Below, piece by piece: positions 18,575-27,158 of a DNA stretch of 64,000 bases; position 1 is the first letter of the stretch, and every line of letters begins with the position of its first letter. Source of the DNA: Nitrospiria bacterium (GTDB lineage Bacteria > Nitrospirota > Nitrospiria > Nitrospirales > NS-4). Below the pieces are notes generated by a model. That model was not told where the DNA came from, searched no databases, and saw only the letters and a program-made list of their open reading frames with translations. The position numbers and the translations under genes are program-made. Location: contig JBGPTH010000002.1 of NCBI GenBank assembly GCA_041490525.1, positions 67,214 through 131,213 of the forward strand. The letters run 5' to 3'.

Positions 18575-19722
18575 CTTTGCGTCAGGACAGCGTCGGACTC
18601 TATCTCCACATTCCGTTTTGCGAACGGATCTGCGCCTTCTGCGCCTTCGTCACACGCGGGTATCGAGAACCTCGGGCGGCGGCCTTCGTGTCTGATCTAA
18701 TGGCGGAGATCCGGCTCTTCGGCCGGGAGGGGCGTCTTCGCGGGCGGCCGGTGGAGACAATCTACTTCGGCGGGGGGACGCCGACCATGCTGTCGGCAGA
18801 CCAGTTGCTCGACATTCTGGATGCCTGTCGCGAAAATTTTTCCCTGGACCCCGCAGCCGAGATCGCCCTCGAAGCCAATCCCGCGACGGTCGAGGCTCCG
18901 GCCTTGCGGGCGCTCCGGCAGGGAGGGTTCAGCCGGATCAGCTACGGGGCCCAGTCCTTCGACGACGCCGAATTGAAAGCCGTTGGATCGCCGCACACGG
19001 TTGAGGAGATCAGGCGCGCGGTCGGGATGGCCCGCGAGGCCGGGTTCGCGAATCTCAATCTGGACCTGATCTATGGCCTGCCGGGACAATCCCCTGCTCG
19101 CTGGGCGGCCAATCTGGAGACCGCGATCAGCCTGGAGCCCGAGCATCTCTCCTTCTACGGGCTCACGATCGAGGAGGGCTCCCGGCTCCACCGGGAGAGG
19201 GGGCGCGGATGCCTGGCGATGGAGGCCGATGAGGTCCTCGCGGACATGTATCGAAGAGGCCAGGAAGCGCTCGGGGCGGCCGGGTACGTCCAGTACGAGG
19301 TGTCCAACTTCTGTCGGCCGGGCTATGCCTGCCGTCACAATCTCAGGTACTGGACCGACCAGGAATGGGTCGGGTTCGGGCCCGGCGCCCATTCCTATCT
19401 GGATGGAGACCGGTTCAGCAATGTCGCGTCCCTGGAAGAGTATCATCGGATGGTCACGGAGGGGGTTTTGCCGATCGCGGAACGAGAACCCGGCACTCCG
19501 GATCTCCGGTTGCGGGAGGCGATGGCCTTCGGGCTCAGAATGGTCGGCGGGGTCAGGGTGGAGCCCCTCGAATCACGGTACGGGGTTGATCCCTTGGATC
19601 GGTTCAGGGACCCGATCGAGCGCATGACCCGCGACGGCTGGCTGATCCTCGAGGACGGCGTTCTGCGCCCTAGCCTGGCCGGGATCATGTTCACCGACAG
19701 CCTGGCCGCATCGTTTCTGTGA
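18571..19722 (+). CDS. hemW: radical SAM heme chaperone HemW (HemN-like, oxygen-independent coproporphyrinogen oxidase family)
   Basis: 383 aa with the radical SAM motif CERICAFCAF. The HemN-like length and layout fit. Confidence 0.85.
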   Translation: MTLRQDSVGLYLHIPFCERICAFCAFVTRGYREPRAAAFVSDLMAEIRLFGREGRLRGRPVETIYFGGGTPTMLSADQLLDILDACRENFSLDPAAEIALEANPATVEAPALRALRQGGFSRISYGAQSFDDAELKAVGSPHTVEEIRRAVGMAREAGFANLNLDLIYGLPGQSPARWAANLETAISLEPEHLSFYGLTIEEGSRLHRERGRGCLAMEADEVLADMYRRGQEALGAAGYVQYEVSNFCRPGYACRHNLRYWTDQEWVGFGPGAHSYLDGDRFSNVASLEEYHRMVTEGVLPIAEREPGTPDLRLREAMAFGLRMVGGVRVEPLESRYGVDPLDRFRDPIERMTRDGWLILEDGVLRPSLAGIMFTDSLAASFL

Positions 19723-19727
19723 GGGGA

Positions 19728-21677
19728 TTACGGGGCCTGGGGCCCGCCGCGGCCCCCGCGGCAATAGGGGCAGAGCGTCCATTCGAGCTGGAGGGGGCGT
19801 CGACAGGCGTCGCAGGTGCGATTGAGGACGGTCCCGCAGAACGGGCAGACCTGGAAGTCATACTGCACAATGCGGGCGCAGGTCGGGCAGAGCGACTCGG
19901 TCCGGTTCGACACTTCGATCACCCGTAGCACCTCCTCGAGCGTCGTGAGGCCCGCCTTCGCCTTGCTGAGCCCGTCCTCTCCGAGCGAGGTCATCTTGGC
20001 GGCCAGAGCGGCCAGCCGCAGGTCCTGCTCCGTAGCCTCCGCCGCGATCATCTCACGGATGCGCGCGCTCGGGTCGAGGATCTCCATGATAGCGGTCCGT
20101 CCCCGGTAGCCCGTTCCGCCGCATTGGCCGCAGCCCTTTCCCGCATAGAAACGCACGTTCGCCAGAGCGTCCGGTGGGATTCTGAGCATCCTCAGCGCCG
20201 CCTGGGAGGGGGTCGCTTCTTCCTTGCAGTTCCGGCAGATGGTCCGGACCAGCCGCTGGGCGATGACCCCTTCGACGAGTGACGCCACGAGGTAGCGGGG
20301 AATGCCGAGATCGATCAGCCGGGTGACGGCCGAGGGGGCGTCATTGGTGTGCAAGGTGGAGAGGACCAGGTGGCCGGTCATGGCGGCGCGGATCGCGATC
20401 TCGGCGGTCTCGAGGTCCCGAATCTCGCCGACAAGGATAACGTCCGGGTCCTGGCGCAGGATGGAGCGCAGCGCGCTGGCGAAGGTCAGGCCCGCGTCGG
20501 GGTTGACCTGGGTCTGGTTGATCCCCTCGATGCTGGACTCGATCGGGTCCTCGATGGTGAGGAGATTGAGCGACGGGGACTTGAGGGCGTTGATCAGGGC
20601 GTACAGGGTCGTCGTCTTGCCGCTGCCGGTCGGCCCCGTGACCAGGATGATCCCCTGGCTTCGACGGGTGAAGGGCTCGATGGTGGCCAGGTCCTTTTCG
20701 GACAGGCCGATCGTATCCAGCCGGAGCAGGGACTTCGTCTGGTCGGTGATCCGGAGGACCATCTTCTCGCCGTACTGCGTCGGCATGGTGGAGACTCTCA
20801 GATCCACGTCGCGCCGTTCGATCTCCACGCGGACGGCCCCGTCCTGCGGCAGGCGCCGCTCCGCGATGTCGAGGTGGGAGAGGATCTTGAACCGGGAGAT
20901 GAGGGGCGCGTGCGCGGACTTTGGGAGGCGCAGGCCCTCGCGAAGGAGGCCGTCCACGCGGTAGCGCACAATCGTTTCCTTCCTGGTTGGCTCGATGTGG
21001 ATGTCGCTGGCCCGCAGGCGGACGGCCTCCGTCATGATCATGTTGCCAAGCCGGACGATGGGAGCATGGCGGGTCGCTTCTTCCAGGGCCCGGACCTCCG
21101 CCGCCGCCGGCGTGCCGGGGTCGGAAAGGCTCTCCAGGAGCGTCCGGTCGTACTCCTCGGTGCTGTCTTCGACGAGGGGCGCGGCCGCCCTTCCCGTCTC
21201 AGGTGCGGGGTAAAGCTTATCCAGCGCCGTTTTGATGGCGGACCGTGCGGCGATCATGGGTTTCAGGACATATCCGCTCCTGAACGAGAGGTCCCGGATG
21301 GCTTGGAAGTCGAGGGGGTCGGCCATGGCCACGGTCAGCGACTTTCCTTGGAGGCGCAGCGGCACGGTCTGATAGCGCTTCGCGAGGGGTTCTGGGATGG
21401 TCGGGGAGAGATCGGCCCGCAAATTTTCCGTGGCCAGATCCACGAAGGTGAAACCCAGTTGGGTGGACAGGCTCCGGATCACGTCGTGCTCCGAAACCAG
21501 GGCGCGATCGACTAGGACTTCCCCGAGGCGCTTGCCTGAGCTTCCGCACTCTTCCAGCGCGGGCCTCAGTTGGGCCTGAGAGATCAGGCTGGCCTCGATC
21601 AGGATCTCGCCCAGCTTGCGCCGCCGTTTGGGGAGTCCTGAGTCCTCGGCTGTCGGGTTCCCCGGTCCGTGTGCCAT
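19728..21677 (-). CDS. GspE/PilB/MshE-family secretion ATPase with N-terminal MshEN-like motifs and extra C-terminal zinc ribbons
   Basis: It has Walker A GPTGSGKTTTL and the family tetracysteine CRNC...CGQCGG. The N-terminus has KLGEILIEASLISQAQL and RLGEVLVDRALVSEHDV. The additional tail is CPTC..CPFC..CDAC..CPYC. The start is taken at MAHGPG (21677), downstream of a TGnTATAAT box. Confidence 0.8.
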   Translation of the reverse strand: MAHGPGNPTAEDSGLPKRRRKLGEILIEASLISQAQLRPALEECGSSGKRLGEVLVDRALVSEHDVIRSLSTQLGFTFVDLATENLRADLSPTIPEPLAKRYQTVPLRLQGKSLTVAMADPLDFQAIRDLSFRSGYVLKPMIAARSAIKTALDKLYPAPETGRAAAPLVEDSTEEYDRTLLESLSDPGTPAAAEVRALEEATRHAPIVRLGNMIMTEAVRLRASDIHIEPTRKETIVRYRVDGLLREGLRLPKSAHAPLISRFKILSHLDIAERRLPQDGAVRVEIERRDVDLRVSTMPTQYGEKMVLRITDQTKSLLRLDTIGLSEKDLATIEPFTRRSQGIILVTGPTGSGKTTTLYALINALKSPSLNLLTIEDPIESSIEGINQTQVNPDAGLTFASALRSILRQDPDVILVGEIRDLETAEIAIRAAMTGHLVLSTLHTNDAPSAVTRLIDLGIPRYLVASLVEGVIAQRLVRTICRNCKEEATPSQAALRMLRIPPDALANVRFYAGKGCGQCGGTGYRGRTAIMEILDPSARIREMIAAEATEQDLRLAALAAKMTSLGEDGLSKAKAGLTTLEEVLRVIEVSNRTESLCPTCARIVQYDFQVCPFCGTVLNRTCDACRRPLQLEWTLCPYCRGGRGGPQAP

Positions 21678-21720
21678 GCCGCCTGCCCAGCAACGTGAAG
21701 GGTAGAGCCGAAAGGAAAGC

Positions 21721-21748
21721 ATTATACACAAATCACGGTCGGTGTCTC
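21721..21748 (-). promoter_or_regulatory. candidate sigma70 promoter for the secretion-ATPase gene
   Basis: On the minus strand: GAGACA, a 16-nt spacer including the extended TG, then TATAAT (TGTATAAT = rc of 21721-28). It lies about 40 nt upstream of the ATG at 21677. Confidence 0.4.
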
Positions 21749-21901
21749 CGGTAATTTCCAAGTCCTTCCAGATTCAGGCTTATTAGGCCTGGGGGATCGA
21801 AACCCGCACGGTGGCCCCCCCCTCTCACCCAGCCAAACGAGGTCTCCCGGGGCGGGTTGAGGGAGGGCCTAGGGCGGCGGCCATCGGGGGCGAAAATCGG
21901 T

Positions 21902-21931
21902 TTGACAAGAGAAAGCGCACCTGAGTAGAAT
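21902..21931 (+). promoter_or_regulatory. candidate sigma70 promoter for the oxidoreductase operon
   Basis: TTGACA (21902-07), an 18-nt spacer, then TAGAAT (21926-31). It lies about 200 nt upstream of the first ATG (22135). Confidence 0.45.
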
Positions 21932-21988
21932 TGCAAATATTTTCAAGGAGTAAAAGACGGCTCCAGTCTCGATAGCCCTCTGAGGCAA

Positions 21989-22084
21989 AAGACCTACTAA
22001 ATCACGGCGCGGGGGACCCTTTTGAGGGGCGTTGTAGGTCTTCTTTTTGATTGCATTCAGAGAGGCGAAAAGCTTACTCTGAAT
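21989..22084 (+). promoter_or_regulatory. structured 5' leader: terminator-like hairpin followed by a second hairpin
   Basis: A perfect 9-bp stem, aagacctac (21989-97) with gtaggtctt (22034-42), is followed by cTTTTTg. A second perfect 8-bp stem pairs attcagag (22055-62) with ctctgaat (22077-84). Confidence 0.4.
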
Positions 22085-22134
22085 AAGCCCTGCGCTGGCT
22101 TCTCACGTTTCTCCTGGGCACAAGAGGTTTTGAT

Positions 22135-22800
22135 ATGACTCAATATGTTGTTCGGCCAGGGCCGGAAGCGTTTCTGCCCCCCTCTGCGGCCTCGAGGGGC
22201 AATGTGCTGCCGGACCCCGGACAGGCGCATATCAACGGACGGATTGTTCCTGAGGAAGAGGCCTTCGAGGAAGCGGCCCGGATGTTTCTGGGCGGGACCG
22301 TTCCCACGATCTTTCCAGGTCCCCTCGTGCTGTGGGCTTGGAATGAAAAGGCCAAGAAGAAAGCCACGGCGATCAAGTTTCTCTACGACACGATGAAGGA
22401 ATGCGTCCCCGAGGGGGCCAAGGCCATGCTGATTCCGATGCCCGATTACCGGCCGAAGTACCCCAAGATCAACCCCGAGGTGGAGATCAACCCCAACCAT
22501 CCAAACCTGACCATCTGGCATAATAAAATCGATGTCTGCATGTTCGTGGGTGTCCACTGCCACCAGGCCAACCTGTCCCTCAAGATCATCCGCGGGGGCA
22601 CCAATTGTTTCACGATCGCGATGTGCGCCCAGGCCGGTCACGAAGACGCCTGCCTGTCGTTTCGAGACGCGTCGGTTGAAAAGATCATGCATCTGGCGGA
22701 GTGGGTGAAGAAACTGAAAGGCGCGGTGCCGTTCGGCGCGCTCACGAAGCATGTCGCCGAGCTGGAAAAGAAGGATCGTGCCGGCGGAACCAGAACTTAA
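22135..22800 (+). CDS. 2-oxoacid:ferredoxin oxidoreductase, putative fifth (epsilon-type) subunit
   Basis: 221 aa (about 24 kDa), immediately upstream of the alpha/beta/gamma/delta genes. The size and position match the extra subunit of five-subunit POR/OGOR enzymes. No catalytic motif was recognised. Confidence 0.55.
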   Translation: MTQYVVRPGPEAFLPPSAASRGNVLPDPGQAHINGRIVPEEEAFEEAARMFLGGTVPTIFPGPLVLWAWNEKAKKKATAIKFLYDTMKECVPEGAKAMLIPMPDYRPKYPKINPEVEINPNHPNLTIWHNKIDVCMFVGVHCHQANLSLKIIRGGTNCFTIAMCAQAGHEDACLSFRDASVEKIMHLAEWVKKLKGAVPFGALTKHVAELEKKDRAGGTRT

Positions 22801-22822
22801 TTTTTGTAAGGAGGCCAAACCG

Positions 22823-24031
22823 ATGGACAGCCATTCGATCATCGGCACCAAAAATAAGAAGGGGCAGACGTTTACTGATCCCTATCACCTGTTTTTTGAG
22901 GCGCCGCGCATCCCGTCGTTTTTCACCGGGAGCGAGGTCATCAAGGAAGCGATCCGGCGGGCCAGCGTGGATTTGATGGTGGCCTACCCCATCACGCCCC
23001 AGAGCGAAGCGGCGGCGCTGATCGGGGAGCTGTTCGCCGAGGGCTATGTCACCGACTACATGCGCGGCGAGAATGAGTTCGGCGTGATGTCGGAGTGCGC
23101 GGGGGGGGCGTTCGGCGGCGCCCGCGTGTTTACGACGACGGCCGGGCCCGGGACCATGCGGGCCATGGAAAATTTCCCCATGTGGTCGGGGGCGCGCCTG
23201 CCGATCGAGATGATCGTGACCTGCCGCGGCATCAATTCGCCGTTGAGCATCCAGCCGGACACCCTGGAGATTTACTTCCTTCTGGAGACCGGCATGCTGG
23301 TCTGGCATGCGGAGACGGCGCAGGACTTCTACGACTGGATCCTCATGGGCTTTATAGTGGCGGAGCAGCCCGACGTCCACCTGCCGATCGCGATCTGCTG
23401 CGACGGGTTCTTCGTCACGCACACGAAGGACGTCGTGAACCTGACGCCCGCGGACATGTGCCTGCCGCCGTACGATCCGTACCGGTCGCCGGTTCCTTGT
23501 ATGGACATGGAATGCCCGCCGGTTCGCATGATGCGCGACCCGTTCATCATGAAGAGCAATTACATCAGCTACGCGACGCACGCGTCCTGGCAGCAGGAGG
23601 TCCGGGCGGCCGTCGAGCGGTCCCGCAAGCACACGATTCCGTTGCTGGGCGGCCTGATCGAGACCGAAAACACTGACGCGGAGATTCTGATTGTGTCCTC
23701 CGGAACGGCCGTGTCACAGGGGCGTGAAGCGATTCGCCTGCTGGCCGAGGAAGGGCTGCGGGTCGGGCTGGTCAAGATCAAATCCTTGAGGCCCTGGCCG
23801 TACCATGAGATTCGCGAGGCGACGAAGAGCGCGAAGCACATCTTTGTGCCGGAGTTCAACGTGGCGGGTTGGATGGCTCGGGAAATCAAGGCCACCGTTC
23901 CCGACAGCGATCGCGTGATCGCCGGTCCGCACGTGGCCGGCGGGATGACGATGCCGCCGGAGGTCATCGTCGAGCACATCCAGCGGACGCTCGGGAAATC
24001 CGTGGCGACCTTGGCCGGGCGCGGAAGCTGA
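22823..24031 (+). CDS. 2-oxoacid:ferredoxin oxidoreductase alpha subunit (pyruvate or 2-oxoglutarate specific)
   Basis: 402 aa with the RBS aaggagg 9 nt upstream. It has the conserved AYPITPQSE motif of POR/OGOR alpha subunits. Confidence 0.85.
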   Translation: MDSHSIIGTKNKKGQTFTDPYHLFFEAPRIPSFFTGSEVIKEAIRRASVDLMVAYPITPQSEAAALIGELFAEGYVTDYMRGENEFGVMSECAGGAFGGARVFTTTAGPGTMRAMENFPMWSGARLPIEMIVTCRGINSPLSIQPDTLEIYFLLETGMLVWHAETAQDFYDWILMGFIVAEQPDVHLPIAICCDGFFVTHTKDVVNLTPADMCLPPYDPYRSPVPCMDMECPPVRMMRDPFIMKSNYISYATHASWQQEVRAAVERSRKHTIPLLGGLIETENTDAEILIVSSGTAVSQGREAIRLLAEEGLRVGLVKIKSLRPWPYHEIREATKSAKHIFVPEFNVAGWMAREIKATVPDSDRVIAGPHVAGGMTMPPEVIVEHIQRTLGKSVATLAGRGS

Positions 24032-24090
24032 TCGTCGTCGCCGGACGGCAACATTCTGACTGAAACCATGATTCTGGAGAGGAGAAGCCC

Positions 24091-24993
24091 ATGAGCAAAG
24101 AAAAGATACAGATATGCGAGGAGTTCTTCGACATCATGCCGCCGGAATATCGCGACCTGGTGACCAATGCCACCTGGGGGAAAGAGGGCCGGGGGTGGAA
24201 AGATGTTGGGATCCACAAGGAGTTGATTGAGCAGCACTCCCTGTGCGCCGGGTGCCCGGAGTCCATGGCGTTCCGGTATATCCTCGCCTCACTGCCGAAT
24301 CCCGAGGATACGGTCATGGTGGGATCGACGGGTTGCACCAGTCTGGTGTTCCCGCACGTCGGCATCCACAACATCCATTCGCTCTTCGGGAACCAGAACG
24401 CCGTCGCGTCAGGCTTGAAGCGGGCGCTTACGTTGCGTTTTCCCGGCAAGGTAAAGGATGTGGTGGTCCTGGCCGGAGACGGCGCGACGGTGGACATTGG
24501 ATTGGACTACACGCTCCAGTCCTGGTTCCGCCTGGAGAAATTTACGACCATCTGCTTCGACAATGAGCTGTACGCCAACACGGGCGGCCAGGAAAGCGGG
24601 CTGATGCAGAAGGGCTTCGTGGCGAAGATGGCGCCGCTCGGCAAGACGTTCGACAAGGTGCGGCTGCCTGAGATCGCCAAAGAGTCCGGCTGCGTGTATG
24701 TCGTGAACTGCACGGTCAGCAAGCCCTCCCTCATCGAGAAGGTCGTGAAGAACGCCGTCCTGATCGCCCGCGAGATCGGCCCGACGTACCTTCAGCTCTA
24801 TACCCCCTGCATTCTCGAGATCGGGAAGAACAGCATGGAAGGGTTACAGGAGATGCGCGACGCGGAGAAGCCGGGCGAGCGCTTTGCCTATAAGGAGTTT
24901 ATCAGCGACGACGCCAAGGCGTTTTTGGCCGATCTGGCTGAGAAGGAGAAGGCCAAGAAGGCAACCGCGAAGGAAGCGTTGACGCAGGCGTAA
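24091..24993 (+). CDS. 2-oxoacid:ferredoxin oxidoreductase beta subunit (thiamine-diphosphate binding)
   Basis: 300 aa with the TPP motif LAGDGATVDIGL...NELYANTGGQ and Cys ligands (CAGCPE, GCTS). Confidence 0.85.
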   Translation: MSKEKIQICEEFFDIMPPEYRDLVTNATWGKEGRGWKDVGIHKELIEQHSLCAGCPESMAFRYILASLPNPEDTVMVGSTGCTSLVFPHVGIHNIHSLFGNQNAVASGLKRALTLRFPGKVKDVVVLAGDGATVDIGLDYTLQSWFRLEKFTTICFDNELYANTGGQESGLMQKGFVAKMAPLGKTFDKVRLPEIAKESGCVYVVNCTVSKPSLIEKVVKNAVLIAREIGPTYLQLYTPCILEIGKNSMEGLQEMRDAEKPGERFAYKEFISDDAKAFLADLAEKEKAKKATAKEALTQA

Positions 24994-25022
24994 CGCGCTT
25001 GGAGCCATAAGGAGATCCCACC

Positions 25023-25718
25023 ATGATCAAGCGGCGAATCAATATCCGAATGTCCGGCCTGGGGGGCCAGGGTGTGGTGACCTCGGCCCACGTCATGGCC
25101 ATGGCGGCGTCGAAAGACGGCAGACAGGCGATCTCGAATCCGTTCTTCGGGGCCGAGAAACGGATGGCCCCGGCGGAAGCCTATGTTCGGATCGGCGTCG
25201 AGCGGATCTATGACCGGGGCGAGCTGGTGTACCCGGAAGTGATCGAAGTGTTCCATCCCCAGGTCATCAACCAGGGCAAGAGCTACACCATGCCGTTCTA
25301 TTCGGGCATCAAGCGGGGCGGGCTGGTGATTATCAACTCCAACATGGAATTGTTGACCGACGAAGACAAACAGCGTCTGGCCGATCTGGAGGTGGCCGTG
25401 TATTACGTGAACGCCACCGAGCTCGCGCTCGAGATTGCGAGTACCGAATTGTCCACGAACATGGGCATGATCGGGTCTGTCGCCGGCATCACCAAGTGCG
25501 TCTCCATGGAGGCGCTCGACCTGGCGCTGCAAGATCGGTTCGGCAAGAAATATGTCGCATCGGGCGGGACCGCGACCCTCGACCAGGCGATCACGAAGAA
25601 GTTCGCGAAGAAGGAATTGCTGCTCGCCAAGAACCTGGCGGTGGTGAAAAAGGCCTATGAGTTGGGCGCGGAATGGGCGGCAAAGAACAACATCGAGTTG
25701 ATGGTCGCGGCGGCTTGA
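25023..25718 (+). CDS. 2-oxoacid:ferredoxin oxidoreductase gamma subunit
   Basis: 231 aa with the N-terminus IRMSGLGGQGVVT typical of gamma subunits. Confidence 0.8.
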   Translation: MIKRRINIRMSGLGGQGVVTSAHVMAMAASKDGRQAISNPFFGAEKRMAPAEAYVRIGVERIYDRGELVYPEVIEVFHPQVINQGKSYTMPFYSGIKRGGLVIINSNMELLTDEDKQRLADLEVAVYYVNATELALEIASTELSTNMGMIGSVAGITKCVSMEALDLALQDRFGKKYVASGGTATLDQAITKKFAKKELLLAKNLAVVKKAYELGAEWAAKNNIELMVAAA

Positions 25719-25734
25719 GGGGAAAGGACGGCGA

Positions 25735-26013
25735 ATGTACAACGTAGCGGTCGTGAATGACGAAAAGTGTGTGGCGAAGAAGGGATGCCGCCTCTGCATC
25801 ATGTATTGCCCCGAGGCGGACTGCATTCTTCTCGACACCGCGAAGATGGTGGCCAGGGTCGTGACCGATGTCTGCAAGGGGTGTGAGCTCTGCAAGGTTG
25901 TGTGCGATGCCGCCAAGCATCAGGCCATCGACATGCTGGCCATGGGCGCAGACGGGAAACTGTTGCATAAAAAGGGAGAGGCAGCGGGGCTCGGGCAGGC
26001 CTACGCGGGGTAA
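25735..26013 (+). CDS. 2-oxoacid:ferredoxin oxidoreductase delta subunit (2x[4Fe-4S] ferredoxin-like)
   Basis: 92 aa with two Cys clusters: CVAKKGCRLCIMYCP and CKGCELCKVVC. Confidence 0.75.
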   Translation: MYNVAVVNDEKCVAKKGCRLCIMYCPEADCILLDTAKMVARVVTDVCKGCELCKVVCDAAKHQAIDMLAMGADGKLLHKKGEAAGLGQAYAG

Positions 26014-26044
26014 GCCGCCCGTCCTCGAGAGGATATTCCGCGAG

Positions 26045-26077
26045 AAGCCCCATGGCGTCTTCGTCGTGGGGCTTTTT
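26045..26077 (+). terminator. Rho-independent terminator after the oxidoreductase operon
   Basis: A perfect 8-bp stem pairs aagcccca with tggggctt across a 14-nt loop, running into TTTTT. Confidence 0.6.
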
Positions 26078-26103
26078 GCTTGGAGCGACCGGAGGGCATC
26101 AGC

Positions 26104-26367
26104 ATGAACGACGCAATCAGGCGGTCGGTCCAGGACGTGCAACAGGCGATGGGGCACGTCAACCAGCTGTTCGATGAGTATGTGGAGGAGTTGAGGCGGA
26201 AAGGGAACGATCCCTCCGAGATCCAGCAGGCCGCCAAAAACGCCGATGCGTTGAAGGACGGGGGGCATATCTACATGTCCTGGGCGCGCCATTATGCGGG
26301 GTTGGGGGGGGATGAGGCCTCGACGGAGGATATCGACGAGGACGAGGGCCGGATCGCCGGCTTCTGA
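26104..26367 (+). CDS. small acidic hypothetical protein
   Basis: 87 aa counted from the ATG at 26104, with the RBS ggaggg 7 nt upstream. It has an acidic C-terminus (EDIDEDEGRIAGF). It lies after the terminator, so it is probably a separate transcription unit. Confidence 0.45.
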   Translation: MNDAIRRSVQDVQQAMGHVNQLFDEYVEELRRKGNDPSEIQQAAKNADALKDGGHIYMSWARHYAGLGGDEASTEDIDEDEGRIAGF

Positions 26368-26468
26368 CCGCCTCCCGCCTCACCGGACCCGCCCCGATGA
26401 ATTGCTATCCGACGGGGGCTATGCTATAAAAAAACGACCGTCGGCATCCTCGCATTCGTCCGCCATAC

Positions 26469-26544
26469 TCCCCGGTAGCTCAGTTGGTAGAGCAGCCGGC
26501 TGTTAACCGGCTGGTCGCAGGTTCGAGTCCTGCCCGGGGAGCCA
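26469..26544 (+). tRNA. tRNA-Asn (anticodon GTT), CCA encoded
   Basis: The cloverleaf was checked by hand. Acceptor: tccccgg/ccgggga. D-arm: gctcagttggtagagc. Anticodon stem-loop: gccgg-ctGTTaa-ccggc. T-arm: gcagg-ttcgagt-cctgc. Discriminator g followed by cca. Confidence 0.95.
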
Positions 26545-26578
26545 ACTGCCTTCGTGGAGAGAGGATCAAGGATGTCAT

Positions 26579-27055
26579 ATGACTGACAAGAAAATTGTTA
26601 TGCACCATGACAAGAACATTGCGCTGGTCGCTCACGACAATAAGAAACGGGACCTGGTGGAATGGGCCACATACAACCGCGATCTCTTGGCACACCACAA
26701 AGTGTATGCGACCGGCACCACCGGCGAGATCCTGGAACGCGAACTGGGCTTCAAAATCACGAGATTCCAAAGCGGACCCTTGGGCGGGGACCAGCAAATC
26801 GGTGCCAAGATTGTCGCTGACGAGATCAATTTTCTCATCTTTTTCTGGGATCCGCTCGAACCCATGCCGCATGACCCCGATGTCAAGGCCCTCTTGCGCA
26901 TGGCAGTGGTGTGGAATATTCCCATTGCCTGTAATCGGGCCTCCGCGGATTTCATGATCTCCTCTCCCCTCATGGAGGGGAAATATGATCGACTGGTACC
27001 CGATTATGAGGGTTATCGCACTCGGAAAACAGACAGAGGCGAAGGAGCAGGCTGA
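26579..27055 (+). CDS. mgsA: methylglyoxal synthase
   Basis: 158 aa, collinear with enterobacterial MgsA. Shared motifs: IALVAHD, YATGTTG, GPLGGDQQIGA, FFWDPL, PHDPDVKALLR. Confidence 0.85.
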   Translation: MTDKKIVMHHDKNIALVAHDNKKRDLVEWATYNRDLLAHHKVYATGTTGEILERELGFKITRFQSGPLGGDQQIGAKIVADEINFLIFFWDPLEPMPHDPDVKALLRMAVVWNIPIACNRASADFMISSPLMEGKYDRLVPDYEGYRTRKTDRGEGAG

Positions 27056-27110
27056 GGCGTCAGTCACCATTTCCTAGAGGAAGATGGTCTTGGGGGCTAG
27101 GCTGTCTTTG

Positions 27111-27158
27111 TTCTGGAGAACTCGAATCTCAGGGTTCGCAAAGGGCACAGATCGGGGA
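27111..27158 (+). repeat. 48-nt tRNA-like repeat, copy B
   Basis: ttctggagaactcgaatctcagggttcgcaaagggcacagatcgggga, followed by gcc as in tRNA-Asn. It sits 55 nt after the mgsA stop. Confidence 0.75.

Noticed and set aside
21781-21900. The minus-strand gggtttcgatccc motif and the 67-aa ORF 21733-21936 as a possible tRNA or small gene in the divergent promoter region.
   Set aside because: No acceptor, D or anticodon arms could be drawn by hand around the T-loop-like motif. The ORF is Pro/Gly/Arg-rich and lacks a start context.
26080-26103. The TTG start at 26080 for the small acidic protein.
   Set aside because: It would begin inside the terminator T-run. The ATG at 26104 has a properly spaced GGAGGG.
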